The notes under the pieces were generated by a model that was given only the letters and a program-made list of their open reading frames with translations, was not told the DNA's origin and made no database searches. 64,000 nucleotides of DNA from a virus, in IMG/VR virus record IMGVR_UViG_3300008216_002531, positions 32,001 to 96,000 of that record. One strand, given 5' to 3'. This document shows, piece by piece, positions 1 through 10,400 of the stretch. How positions within the stretch are numbered: the stretch's first letter is position 1; each line of letters begins with the position of its first letter. A program made the position numbers and the translations under genes.

Positions 1-540
1 TCAATAGATTTGTTTTTGTGGCCTTCACAGTATGGAACAAGCGGTGTTAGGAAGTGGGTCGATCTTTTCTTAGATGTTGCCGATCCAGTTCCACCAGCTT
101 CTGGATTTTTCTCTCCTTCTGGAACGATGAACTTGTTCCAGAAAGGGCCGAGTAAAGCACCTCTTACTAAAACGTTAGAATTATACGTACCCTCTCCAAC
201 AAGCAGCCGTGGCGCCGACTCAACGTTCTCCAGTAATGAAATCAGCCTCTATGCCAAAAATGAGGCGGTTGCTCTGACCAATGATATTCCTTTGTATGCA
301 AAGACAGACCAAGCGGGAACCAAAAGCGGAACTTTGAATTTGTATCTGTTAAGGAAGTCGGGAGAATTTAATCAGATCGAGTTATTCTTGAAGGGGCCAT
401 ATCCATCAGGGACAATCTCCTTATTTAATGTAGGGCATACTATTAAGTCCTCCAGTATATCTTTATATGCTAGCGGGCTAGGAAAACTAACACACAGTAC
501 AACCCCCCTTGTCACTAAAGGTTATACAAGTTCAAGCTAG
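1..540 (+). CDS. C-terminal part of a putative virion structural protein with repeated [IL]x[L][FY] beta-strand motifs; runs off the left edge
   Basis: Frame 1 is open from base 1 (SIDLFLW...), so the TTG start at 10 is probably an artefact. About ten spaced motifs (VDLFL, MNLFQ, LELYV, ISLYA, IPLYA, LNLYL, IELFL, ISLFN, ISLYA); Ser/Thr/Gly-rich; first gene of the + strand cluster. Confidence 0.55.
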   Translation, partial: SIDLFLWPSQYGTSGVRKWVDLFLDVADPVPPASGFFSPSGTMNLFQKGPSKAPLTKTLELYVPSPTSSRGADSTFSSNEISLYAKNEAVALTNDIPLYAKTDQAGTKSGTLNLYLLRKSGEFNQIELFLKGPYPSGTISLFNVGHTIKSSSISLYASGLGKLTHSTTPLVTKGYTSSS

Positions 541-547
541 GTGAAAT

Positions 548-2206
548 ATGCCAGTTCAATATACAAATACAGCGGGAACCACACAGATTGTTCCCGCCCC
601 AATGGCTTCCGTTAATAAGCAATACGATAGGCTTGGTGATGGCACGATAGTTGGAGTTAGACACGAGATAACCCTAACGGGAAAAATCTTGGCTTTTAAA
701 GGATCCCCCGGAGGAAAAGCTAGTGCTGGAGACACTAATGGATACCAAGCGGCAATTCAGAGTTCGCAAAAAGCACTTCGAGATCTTTTTGCCGATGAAG
801 GTGGCCAGCTTGAAGTCACTCCTTGGGACGGTTCTTCTAGCCAAATAACATGTAAACCTAGGCTTGTGTCTATTGACTTTCCAGATAGAGATCCTGTTTC
901 ATGGTTTAATGTATGTGATTATACAATTACTTTAGAAGCAGATTATGTCGACGGCTCTTGGTCTACCAATGAAGACGATTTCGATTGGGCGATTTCTGGC
1001 GCTCAAGAAACATTTGATTTTGGAGAACAGGATGGCTCATATCAATACAGTTGGAATGCCGGTAGAACAGACTTACAGACCGTTGGTAAAATTTTTAGGT
1101 TTTCTAGAAATATAACCGCCACGGGAAAGAAACGATATGATGACAGCGGTGCGGGTCCGGGCACTCCAAGCCCTCTATTAGACGGTGGTGAAGCTTGGCA
1201 GCAAGCTAGTGGGTATGTCTTGACTAAGTATGGGTTGGGATATACTAGAGCTAATTTGGCCGATGGTCAGGATATTAAAAATTATCCTACAGACGATCTC
1301 CCAATACCGTTGGCTTTTTTGGGTCTTCCAGACTATTATAAAGTATACAACCATAAACGTAATGTTCAAATAGATAGATCCGCTGGTAGTTTTGCCATAG
1401 TAGAGGAGTGGATTTTCGCAAGTGGAACAGGAACAAACGCCGTATCTGAAGACACTAATGTTTCTGTCTCTACGTCAAACGACAGCGGATTAACAACAAT
1501 TAGTATTAATGGTAGTTTGCAAGCCTATAATGGAGAAAAATATCCGACTCCGTTTACTATAGATGATCACGCAGTCAATAACTGGGATGTGGTTAAAGAA
1601 GAGTGGGAAAATAATGTAGAGCCTAACATATATAACATGGCTCTGGCTTTAGCAAAAAATTCGTCGAACAAAGGTTTTAGCGGTAATTTACATCCTCTAC
1701 CATTAACAACAAGCGTTGCTAGAAATCCTAGTCAGGGAAGTATTGCTTTTGACTATTCATTCAATACTAGGCCAGAGAATTGTGTCCCCGGAACTCTTTC
1801 TGAGACTATTACCGTAAACGATGTTGCCCCCGGTCAAACAATAGCAACAACGCCTGTCATAGGTAGAATTCTTGGTCCGGTTATGCAAAATGTAGGCACC
1901 CAAGGGCCAGCTTGGGCTAGATCACTAACCATAGATCTTACTGTTTCTGGGATAGCTCCTGCCAATTGTGGTGCAGGCTCTATTGGCGTGTGGTTAACAG
2001 ATATGAAGCCCTCAAACCGAACCTCTCCTTATAATCAAAAATCTGCTATCGAGGCTATTGTTGAAGGCGCTGCTCCTCATGGCAAACCCGGAGTCACGAA
2101 GGCTTATACTACTCCTTCACCAACTGAAAATTGGGATCCTAAAAATGGAAAATACACGTATAATATTACATGGAACTATGAACTTAATCAGTCTAAATAT
2201 TACTAG
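548..2206 (+). CDS. Putative virion structural protein (552 aa, beta-rich; tail/baseplate-like)
   Basis: Long ORF, T/S/G/N-rich with alternating beta-strand patterns (e.g. YTYNITWNYE); AGGTGA SD-like sequence upstream; context among large structural-type ORFs. Confidence 0.55.
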   Translation: MPVQYTNTAGTTQIVPAPMASVNKQYDRLGDGTIVGVRHEITLTGKILAFKGSPGGKASAGDTNGYQAAIQSSQKALRDLFADEGGQLEVTPWDGSSSQITCKPRLVSIDFPDRDPVSWFNVCDYTITLEADYVDGSWSTNEDDFDWAISGAQETFDFGEQDGSYQYSWNAGRTDLQTVGKIFRFSRNITATGKKRYDDSGAGPGTPSPLLDGGEAWQQASGYVLTKYGLGYTRANLADGQDIKNYPTDDLPIPLAFLGLPDYYKVYNHKRNVQIDRSAGSFAIVEEWIFASGTGTNAVSEDTNVSVSTSNDSGLTTISINGSLQAYNGEKYPTPFTIDDHAVNNWDVVKEEWENNVEPNIYNMALALAKNSSNKGFSGNLHPLPLTTSVARNPSQGSIAFDYSFNTRPENCVPGTLSETITVNDVAPGQTIATTPVIGRILGPVMQNVGTQGPAWARSLTIDLTVSGIAPANCGAGSIGVWLTDMKPSNRTSPYNQKSAIEAIVEGAAPHGKPGVTKAYTTPSPTENWDPKNGKYTYNITWNYELNQSKYY

Positions 2207-2214
2207 GTTTACTA

Positions 2215-2730
2215 ATGGTTTGGTCATTTCTTAGCAACGGTTCAGCTTCTGGAACTAGTGATACGCCTTTTCCCGGTGGGCCTTTTCGCCAAGGGACAGG
2301 GGCGCATTTGGGTCTTGGCGCGGAAGGTGTGTCAAATGGCGCTACAGAAATTGTTCCAAAAATTAGCTTACCAGAATTGAATCTGACAGCAGCCGAGCGA
2401 GAGGCTCGTGGAGGAACATTTGGTAAATGGGAATTAGGTATGCCTTTGGTGTCTCACGGCGAATTATATGAAGATCATACTGGGGTTGCTGATAAGGATA
2501 CAGGAGAAGTAGTTCCTTTTGGAATTCCAATATCTAAATTTCATCCATTATCCGAATCCGACAAAAAAAATAATGATATACATAAGACTCTCAGACGTAT
2601 GAAAGCAAAATATAGTAGCACAGCGGTCAATTTTGGAACAACCCAAACTGGCGGTTTGCAGGCGTTTGTTTCTCCTAGCGGAGGCACACAGATTGTATTC
2701 CCCGGACACAGTAGTAGCGGAGTAGTTTAA
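2215..2730 (+). CDS. Hypothetical protein (171 aa)
   Basis: ORF tightly packed between neighbours on the same strand; no recognisable motif. Confidence 0.55.
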   Translation: MVWSFLSNGSASGTSDTPFPGGPFRQGTGAHLGLGAEGVSNGATEIVPKISLPELNLTAAEREARGGTFGKWELGMPLVSHGELYEDHTGVADKDTGEVVPFGIPISKFHPLSESDKKNNDIHKTLRRMKAKYSSTAVNFGTTQTGGLQAFVSPSGGTQIVFPGHSSSGVV

Positions 2731-2731
2731 T

Positions 2732-5700
2732 ATGGCGCAAAGACCCGGCCCCTTTAGTCCAGAATCTGTTGGGCTTGATTCTCCACCACAACAAACACCG
2801 TTTTGTGGGGCTTCCGTGGTAGACTTTAATGCCTCTGTTGGGTGGGGCAGCGCTGCGTCCACATTGCAGGTTAATTTAATAGAAGACGATCAATTTGTTA
2901 GACCTTTTGACGCTAGGGTAGAGGGATATGCTCCTATTGTTGGTGGCAACGTAGATGCTCCCTTGGCCCTGCAAGCAGGGAGATACATTGCTGAAGGCCC
3001 ATCCACTACTGGAGATGGGAGCAATCCAGATCCTGATGGATACGGCGTAAGAATGGTAGACGTGGCGAGACGATTAGAGGGCAAGCCTACTAGGGCTGGA
3101 AGAAGTTTATATACGCAAGGAGACTTTTTCTGGGGTCCGTCTTTAGGTGCTCCTTGTTATTTTACCTTTGGAGATCGGCAGCAGCTTGACGGCACTATTG
3201 GCTGGAAATTTAATGGGCTGTGTATTAATTATCAGAGAGAGATGTCTGGAGGAGGGGAAAGATTTCAAGTCCAGTTAGAATCTCCAGTTAAGATTCTTGA
3301 GGGCACTCAAGTAATACTTGGTGACTATTATGGAACTACCGCTCCCCAAAGCCCTTATGAAAATGGAATAGCATGCGGTATTGGTTCTTATAATGTCATT
3401 AATGCTTTTGGATACTATGAACATTGGAATTATGGTGGGGGCTTTGGAAATTCTGGTAGAAATGAAGCCGGTATGATTTGGCATGACCCAACCAGAAATG
3501 GCGGGGTCTTGGTCGCTATTGATGATATATTAAATAATTGGCATACAAGAATACCAAACAATGTGTTCGGTGGTCCGTTAGTTTATCAACAACACCCAGA
3601 AAAATCTCAAGCGAGCAGCGCGTCTGTAAACGGCGTTAGTTATAAGTATGAAATAGACCTAAGCGATTTAAGGGTGGATAAAGGCATAGGCATTCCTAGA
3701 CATTATAGAGTTGGGGCCGCCAGCATGTCTCTGATGGCTTTAATTTCTGACGTGTGCTCTGCTTCTAGTTGCGACTTTTTTGTTAGTCTAGAGCAACCGG
3801 ATCAAGCTCAATATAGTCGTGGTGTTTACGGGACTATAAAAATAAATGTTATTAAACGCCACCAAAACCCCCAAAGCTTTGTCATCAAAGACGCTGTTTT
3901 AACCGAAGAAAAATCAGCAGGCCCCAATACGATTGTTAGTAACAGGCTTGGGGCATCCTTGGTTAATAACCCAACCGCGAAAATGGTTTTGGGTGGCCCA
4001 ACCACAAGAATGGTAGGAATACATTCTACTTTTTACAATCAGTGTGGTTCTCCGGGTATCTACACATATCAAAACCATCCCAGCCTTCTTTCTTTTCAAA
4101 CTCTTCCATATTCCGACATGGATGAAGCCCGGATTGGACCACCCGGAAACCAGCAAATATATCCCGTGTTTGGGGTCTGGGAGAGGATGGTGCCAACAAT
4201 AAATGGGCCTGATGGCAGTGTTTATGGCGGCTATAGCACCACAGAAGGCATTGGTTCCCCTATTCTATCAGGACACCAAGTAGTTTCTGGGGCGTCTGCG
4301 GACCCCTTGGCTAATATTAATACTCTTGATCCCCTTAGAGACTTCACCGTTACGGTAACGCAGATAATAGATGGTGAGCCTGTAACTTCTTATAGGCCTA
4401 TATTTGATATTCCTATAGATTGTGGAAAAGAGGGATATCCAGACCAAATGCTGGGCTATCCATATGGCCCCTCAGACCCAAACAATCCCGATCACCCCCT
4501 CTCTGGCCCACGGGCTTACTTTACTAATGGTATGCATCTCGCCAGTATTACCGAGCTAAGAATAGCGGCTACCGGTGACCAAGCAGCTTGGGAAAATTAT
4601 ATTTCTAATTACAACATCCCCGTTTCAAAAAACTTGGGCGGGTCTGGGGATGATGGTGGTGTTGAGGGGGACATGTCCGTTGTTGCTGATTTTATTTTTG
4701 GAAAGACCAAGGGGGGCTTTGACGCCGCAAGTCCTTTCGACGCACACAACACTTCTTATTTTGCCCAGCTAAAAGCTGACCGTCTATATGATGGTGATCT
4801 AGAAATGTTAATTGGTAAGGTTTTTGACAAGATTAAGTCGGTCGCAACGGAATACATGGGTAGAGTGTTTTTGACTGGGCTGCCCTTTACCCCGCCAACA
4901 TTATCCGAGCACATTAAAGTGGAGTGTGTGGACGAACCTGCGGCGTGGACGGGAGCCTGCACTCCGTCTATGCAGTTCACAGAGGCTTGGGAAGTTGCCG
5001 AGTCTGCTTGGGTGGAGATGGGAACTTTAGGGGTTCCAAACGATCCAAAATTTTATGACGACAGCGGAAAGCTTAAATGCTTTGTTTCATATGCAATGAG
5101 TGCCGGTGGAGCGGGGGGGATACCACACGACTTTACTTCTGCTAGCTCAGAAAAATATCAAGCTGTACCGGCCCTAAATACTGTTTTTATGACTGCGTCA
5201 CCAGAAGCAAAGCCAGCCAAGGTTGCTTCCGGGCTTCCAGATTCTCCTACCATTACTTGGATGAATGGCTATCCGTTTGTAGTGGTTAGGTGTGATCCAG
5301 TGAAATATGTTGACCCTATGCTTATTGCGGCTAATAAGGTAATTAGAGGCCCACAAGGAGATCGTGACGCATCTGCTACTGTTGCCGCATGGATATTTGG
5401 AGAAGGTCAGGTTGACGGAGATGTTAATAGGGACCAAAGATGGAATACTGGCTGGGGAAGTTCTTTGGCTAGAGCAACCATCGATGGAGCATTAATGAAG
5501 CCCGTCATTATTGCCGTGCCACAAAGAAGCAATCGTCTTTTATATGGGCCTTGGGCTGAAGGTTATAAATTTGGAGCTACGGAACTAGAATTTGATAGCA
5601 ATCTCACGCCAGAAAACTTTGGTGGAATTGCTAACATGAATGTTATGGGCCAATCGTTAGCTTGGCACACCGCCACTTTTGGGATGGGGCATGAAGAATC

Positions 5701-7294
5701 TGGAGATGTTAAATTTACAGGCATTCCAAAGGCACAGCTTGGAAAAGTCCTAGTGGCTGGTGGCCCTTATGTTACAGATGTTAATGTTACTATTAGTGAT
5801 AGCGATATATCCACAGCTTATACTATGAAAACATGGACTGTCAATTTTGGAAAGCTTTTAAAATACAACGAAGAAAGAATACAATCTGTAGTTAGGGGAA
5901 TCCAAAAGGTAAAGTCAGATCTTAGGGCGCGAATGCCACACTCACAAATACTTGACCCCTCTAAGATTGGATGGAAAGGCGGGCTGTTCCCAACTATTAG
6001 ACCAAATAGATTTGGAGGACCAAACGCTGGAACACCTCACCATTGGATTGTAGGAGAAGGCTTTCAGGATGTCAACGATAAGGGAGACGCCCAAATTAGC
6101 GAGTTCTTTTCCAACGTAGCTATTATGTCTTCAAAAGAAGTTGTAGCTGGCGCTTATCGAACAAACTCTTTAAAGGCCGGTGTGACATTGGACGGTTTAT
6201 TTAGACCGTTTTGTACTTCTTATGATCATATGACTCAGCAAGAGTTAAATACTGCCACTGGGAATGCAACAAAAGATAAATTTAATACTAAGCATTACGA
6301 TATACCCGGTTTTGAAGATGGTAGTACTGGACCCGTGCCAAACGTATCAGATCTTAACCCGTTTACTGATGATGGGCTGGGGAAAGGGCATGATATACAA
6401 GGGATTATCGGCGGGCACGTAGAATATAAGACCCACAAGAGAGATCTCAATAGAAGAAAAAACAAGAAGACTGTTACTGGACCAAATCAGAAGCATGAGA
6501 ATCTTACCGATAAAGAATACAGCAATGAATACAGGAGTATGGGTTTAAGAGGTCCGCTAGTTGTGGTTGGTTGGGGGTATGATGTCGATGGTCTTCCGGT
6601 TCCTTCTGATCCCAACGATGAAACTAAGTTTTTAACCAACCATAAAAAAAGACAGGACTTATGGAAAGCCGGTCCAGTGGATTTAAGATGGGATGATGAT
6701 AAAAAGGTCTGGGTTGCAGGCGCTGGCGGGGGTGGGGCTGGGGATATTTGGCTATCCACAACGGTTAATCCTACTGGTCCTTTAGCTCTGTCGGGGAGTG
6801 TGGGTGGAACAAGGGGCGCAGCTTATTCTGGCTTAGCGGCAGGTTCTATGTATAGCTATTGCAGTGGTGGATGCACTCACGACGCAATTGCCATGTTTAG
6901 GGCTGGCGAAGACCCCATGACCACTACCGCTGGCGGAACCACTGTTCGAAAAAATAGGGCTGTTGAAATTAGACTAGAAGAAATTACAGGGTTTGATGTT
7001 GAAGGCGACGCCCAATATACATCGGGGGGTTGGTTAAATCAACCAATGCCCGCTGGTAGGTCAATATTTACTATCGACACCGGTCGTATATTTACAGACC
7101 CAGTAACGCACAAAAAATTCCCTATACATTGGGTTTTGCAGGCTCAATTTACACAAGTTTCTCTTGTTACATCCGTTTATTGCAAGGTTGATGCAGACGG
7201 TGAATCAAGTTTGATGATATGTACTACTGATTTATGGACAGAGGGTCCAGTAACAACCGAGGCTTGCCCGTTCTCTGGCGTGCAGTGTCCATAG
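2732..7294 (+). CDS. Large putative tail/baseplate protein (1520 aa)
   Basis: Very long Gly/Pro/aromatic-rich ORF in the structural arm; ends in a short Cys-containing segment (VTSVYCK...EACPFSGVQCP) just before the Cys-rich giant gene. Confidence 0.55.
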   Translation: MAQRPGPFSPESVGLDSPPQQTPFCGASVVDFNASVGWGSAASTLQVNLIEDDQFVRPFDARVEGYAPIVGGNVDAPLALQAGRYIAEGPSTTGDGSNPDPDGYGVRMVDVARRLEGKPTRAGRSLYTQGDFFWGPSLGAPCYFTFGDRQQLDGTIGWKFNGLCINYQREMSGGGERFQVQLESPVKILEGTQVILGDYYGTTAPQSPYENGIACGIGSYNVINAFGYYEHWNYGGGFGNSGRNEAGMIWHDPTRNGGVLVAIDDILNNWHTRIPNNVFGGPLVYQQHPEKSQASSASVNGVSYKYEIDLSDLRVDKGIGIPRHYRVGAASMSLMALISDVCSASSCDFFVSLEQPDQAQYSRGVYGTIKINVIKRHQNPQSFVIKDAVLTEEKSAGPNTIVSNRLGASLVNNPTAKMVLGGPTTRMVGIHSTFYNQCGSPGIYTYQNHPSLLSFQTLPYSDMDEARIGPPGNQQIYPVFGVWERMVPTINGPDGSVYGGYSTTEGIGSPILSGHQVVSGASADPLANINTLDPLRDFTVTVTQIIDGEPVTSYRPIFDIPIDCGKEGYPDQMLGYPYGPSDPNNPDHPLSGPRAYFTNGMHLASITELRIAATGDQAAWENYISNYNIPVSKNLGGSGDDGGVEGDMSVVADFIFGKTKGGFDAASPFDAHNTSYFAQLKADRLYDGDLEMLIGKVFDKIKSVATEYMGRVFLTGLPFTPPTLSEHIKVECVDEPAAWTGACTPSMQFTEAWEVAESAWVEMGTLGVPNDPKFYDDSGKLKCFVSYAMSAGGAGGIPHDFTSASSEKYQAVPALNTVFMTASPEAKPAKVASGLPDSPTITWMNGYPFVVVRCDPVKYVDPMLIAANKVIRGPQGDRDASATVAAWIFGEGQVDGDVNRDQRWNTGWGSSLARATIDGALMKPVIIAVPQRSNRLLYGPWAEGYKFGATELEFDSNLTPENFGGIANMNVMGQSLAWHTATFGMGHEESGDVKFTGIPKAQLGKVLVAGGPYVTDVNVTISDSDISTAYTMKTWTVNFGKLLKYNEERIQSVVRGIQKVKSDLRARMPHSQILDPSKIGWKGGLFPTIRPNRFGGPNAGTPHHWIVGEGFQDVNDKGDAQISEFFSNVAIMSSKEVVAGAYRTNSLKAGVTLDGLFRPFCTSYDHMTQQELNTATGNATKDKFNTKHYDIPGFEDGSTGPVPNVSDLNPFTDDGLGKGHDIQGIIGGHVEYKTHKRDLNRRKNKKTVTGPNQKHENLTDKEYSNEYRSMGLRGPLVVVGWGYDVDGLPVPSDPNDETKFLTNHKKRQDLWKAGPVDLRWDDDKKVWVAGAGGGGAGDIWLSTTVNPTGPLALSGSVGGTRGAAYSGLAAGSMYSYCSGGCTHDAIAMFRAGEDPMTTTAGGTTVRKNRAVEIRLEEITGFDVEGDAQYTSGGWLNQPMPAGRSIFTIDTGRIFTDPVTHKKFPIHWVLQAQFTQVSLVTSVYCKVDADGESSLMICTTDLWTEGPVTTEACPFSGVQCP

Positions 7295-7409
7295 GAAAGG
7301 ATAGTAATGGCTTGTAAAGGCTTTTCTACATGTTATGGCTATGGCTGTGGTGGTGGCGCCGTAGAGCAAACAGCGGTTGGCTATTCCGACTACCCCATGA
7401 CCACTACCG
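6912..7409 (+). repeat. Exact 18-bp direct repeat ACCCCATGACCACTACCG (6912-6929 and 7392-7409)
   Basis: Read directly; copies are 480 bp apart and encode PMTTT in two different genes. Confidence 0.8.
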
Positions 7410-10400
7410 GTGATTCCGGGCGTGGGCCGCATCCAAAGTGTCAGATTCCGCCCGAAACATTTAGTTTTGAGATTGGCGGATGGCATGGTAGCCTTGAGAT
7501 GGTCGGGGCCATGGGCGAGCTAGATCGTATAAACGTAGGGTGTCAGCACAGTAATTGCTCATGTCCAGACCCAAAGTGCAAGTGCATGAGAACAGATATG
7601 GCGGGTAACACAAATTTTCAAGGGCATATGCAGACAAAGGATTGCCTTGATCAAGGACATTGCATAAACCCGGATATGACAGTTACGGGGTGCTGCGAAG
7701 ATCCTGTCACAGGAGTAAAACCCAATATCAAGACCGGCTTTGGCACGGGGTTGAACCAAGATGAATGCGCGTGTAGAGGGGGTACTTGGAGTTCATGGTG
7801 TGACGCATGGACGCAGGACGAATTAGACACTTGCAATAAATGTGTATCATCTTGCCCTCCTTATAAAATAGGAAACTCAATTGGGTTAGGCTTTGAATAC
7901 AGTCAAGGCTGTTTACAAGCTCCTGTCCCGATAGATGCAGACGGGAATAGATGCTGTTGTTCCGGTGATAGTCCTATATGCGATAGTTGCCCCAACCACT
8001 GTGTGGTATGGCAAGGGCACACAGAGAACACTTGTGGTCCCCCCGTTTTATATTGCGACGAGGATAGTTGCGGGCCGGAAAGAAAGCCGAACAATCTTGG
8101 TTATGGCGTCACTATTCCTTGGGAACTAACTTTAGTTTGTATCGCTCCAGCCAAGACTGCTCATGGCCATCTTCAATATCCTCCAGATTACGGTTCTTGG
8201 CTTTTGCATGTTGTGGCTTGGAGGCCCGTTGAAGACAATGTGCTGGGAACTGAGCCTTGTAGACAGTGGACATTTGGCAATAAACACGGCGTGGCAAGCG
8301 ACGATGGCTTTTTGGATCTGGGATCTGCGTGTAAGGATGGCTCATGGACAATAAGCGTGGATATTCCTGTGCAGCCCGACGAAATAAAAACTAGTTGTGG
8401 TTGTGAATGCCCATGCCGAGAACAAATTACCAATGTATTTGATGGTGAGGAATGCGATTGTTTCAAACCAGATTGCGTTACTGATGGTTTTGAATGTCTT
8501 CATGGTACTAAAGAGCCTCCAGATTGTGATGCTAGTTGTCTGGAGCCTATACCCGCTTGCCCAGCGGCGAATGCTTTATGGGCGGGTTTACAAGCCCCAC
8601 ATCAGTATTGTAATGATGGAAAAGGGAATAAACCCGAACTCATGGGGATGATCGAGAATCTATGTCAGGCGTGTTGCAAACCCTGCAATGAGTTTTGCGA
8701 AGACCAGTGTGTATGTGAAGAAGCACAAGCCAAGGTTGGTCCTTCGTCTATCTGCGGAACAAAAACCCTTAGTAATAGAAATATTGCTGGTCATGGGTGT
8801 TCTAAAGACCCTAAGCCATCTTTCCCCGGCTCGACTAGCACTCCAAAAGAGGGTGACTGTTGTAATCACCACTACGGTACTCCCACAGGCGAGACATCAC
8901 TCCATACGGATTGTATATGGGAAAGTTATTATGAGTGTGGATGTCTTTCGGAAGATGAGGCTAATGGAGGAACAATACAACTTACAATTCAGGCTAATGC
9001 GCAACGTGGCTCGACCATTACCACGCTTTCTCACTATGAAGATCAGAATGGAAACTCAGGCACGGGATTAGGTTTTACCCCAGTAGGCAGTGATACACCC
9101 GGAAAAACAATAAATGAGTGTGGAGCGGTGGATGCCATTTGTGATCTTTCACTTAAACATCCTGATACGGATGGATGTCGGTATACAAAATGGCCAGATC
9201 CATCATGTGAAACTCCGCTTCCTCCCCCCGACATAAGAGAAGGGGTTAGATGTCCTAACTCATTAGTGTGGGAACAACCTACTTATGGATATCAATGCAC
9301 TTTGCCGGGTGGATCTAACAATGGAGCAATGGGTGCAGATTTTCCTGTTAAGCCGGGCCTTTGTCTTAATGCTCGCCCCGAACGTTGGCACTTAAGACCA
9401 CAATTTACTCATCCACATCTTTGGGCTATCTGCCACAAACCCGGCCCCGGAGAACCCGCCCCGCCATGTGATCAACCAGCGGACAGAGATGCTGAGTGTG
9501 TTGAGCATCCAGAAGTTACCAGATTTGTAGCCGACATAGGTAATATTCATGGGACTATAGGAGAGTGTAATATCTATTGCGAGGGATGGTGGGAAGTTGT
9601 AGTAGATTGCTTCAGAGCGTGGACATTAGATTTGTGCGAAGCCTGCTTGGGGGATTGTTGGACTGACGCCAAGATAGTAGGGGCCAAACCTTGGTGTTGT
9701 GGGCATTGTGATGAAGGAGATCATTCTAGCGACTGGGGCTGTGACGGAAAGTGGCCCGGAATTTTCCCATTTTTGTATTATCATCCACCTGAAGATATAT
9801 TTTGTCCGTATGGAGAATATTTTCCAGCTATAAGCTGTCCTACTGTGCCCAATTCTCCAGCAGCTACTATGCTTGGTCAATCAGGACAGTTATATTATCC
9901 CGGTAATATTACTAAAAAGTGGACCTCTTGTTGTGGTAATCAGCCAGCGGGCTGTGAATGCTGTTATCCGTGTGGACACCCAGCCTACGATCCTACCTGT
10001 CGGATAAGAAACTTAATTAGTGGAAATATTTGTGATATTTGTTGGGAGTGCATGTGTAATAATAGTAAGTCCGAGGGAATTAATGCTAATCAAGTTTATA
10101 TGTCCAACGACTGTCCAAACGGTTGCCAGCAACCAGATTGGCCAGCGCCACCTGCTTCTTTGACAACAGGGACTATTCAGTGTAGTAGTGGTATGGATGT
10201 GGTATTTGCTATTGATATCACCGGCAGCATGGTGAGCCAAGTTGAAGCCATTAGAGCAGATGTTGACAGATATGTAAATATTATTGACGAGGCTTCCGAT
10301 GGTAATTACAGGCTTGGCTTGGTAACTTTCAAAGAAGACTCAGCCGATACGATCACGCACACCTCTTTGGGTTATGAAAACGCTATATCTTTTGAGCAAG

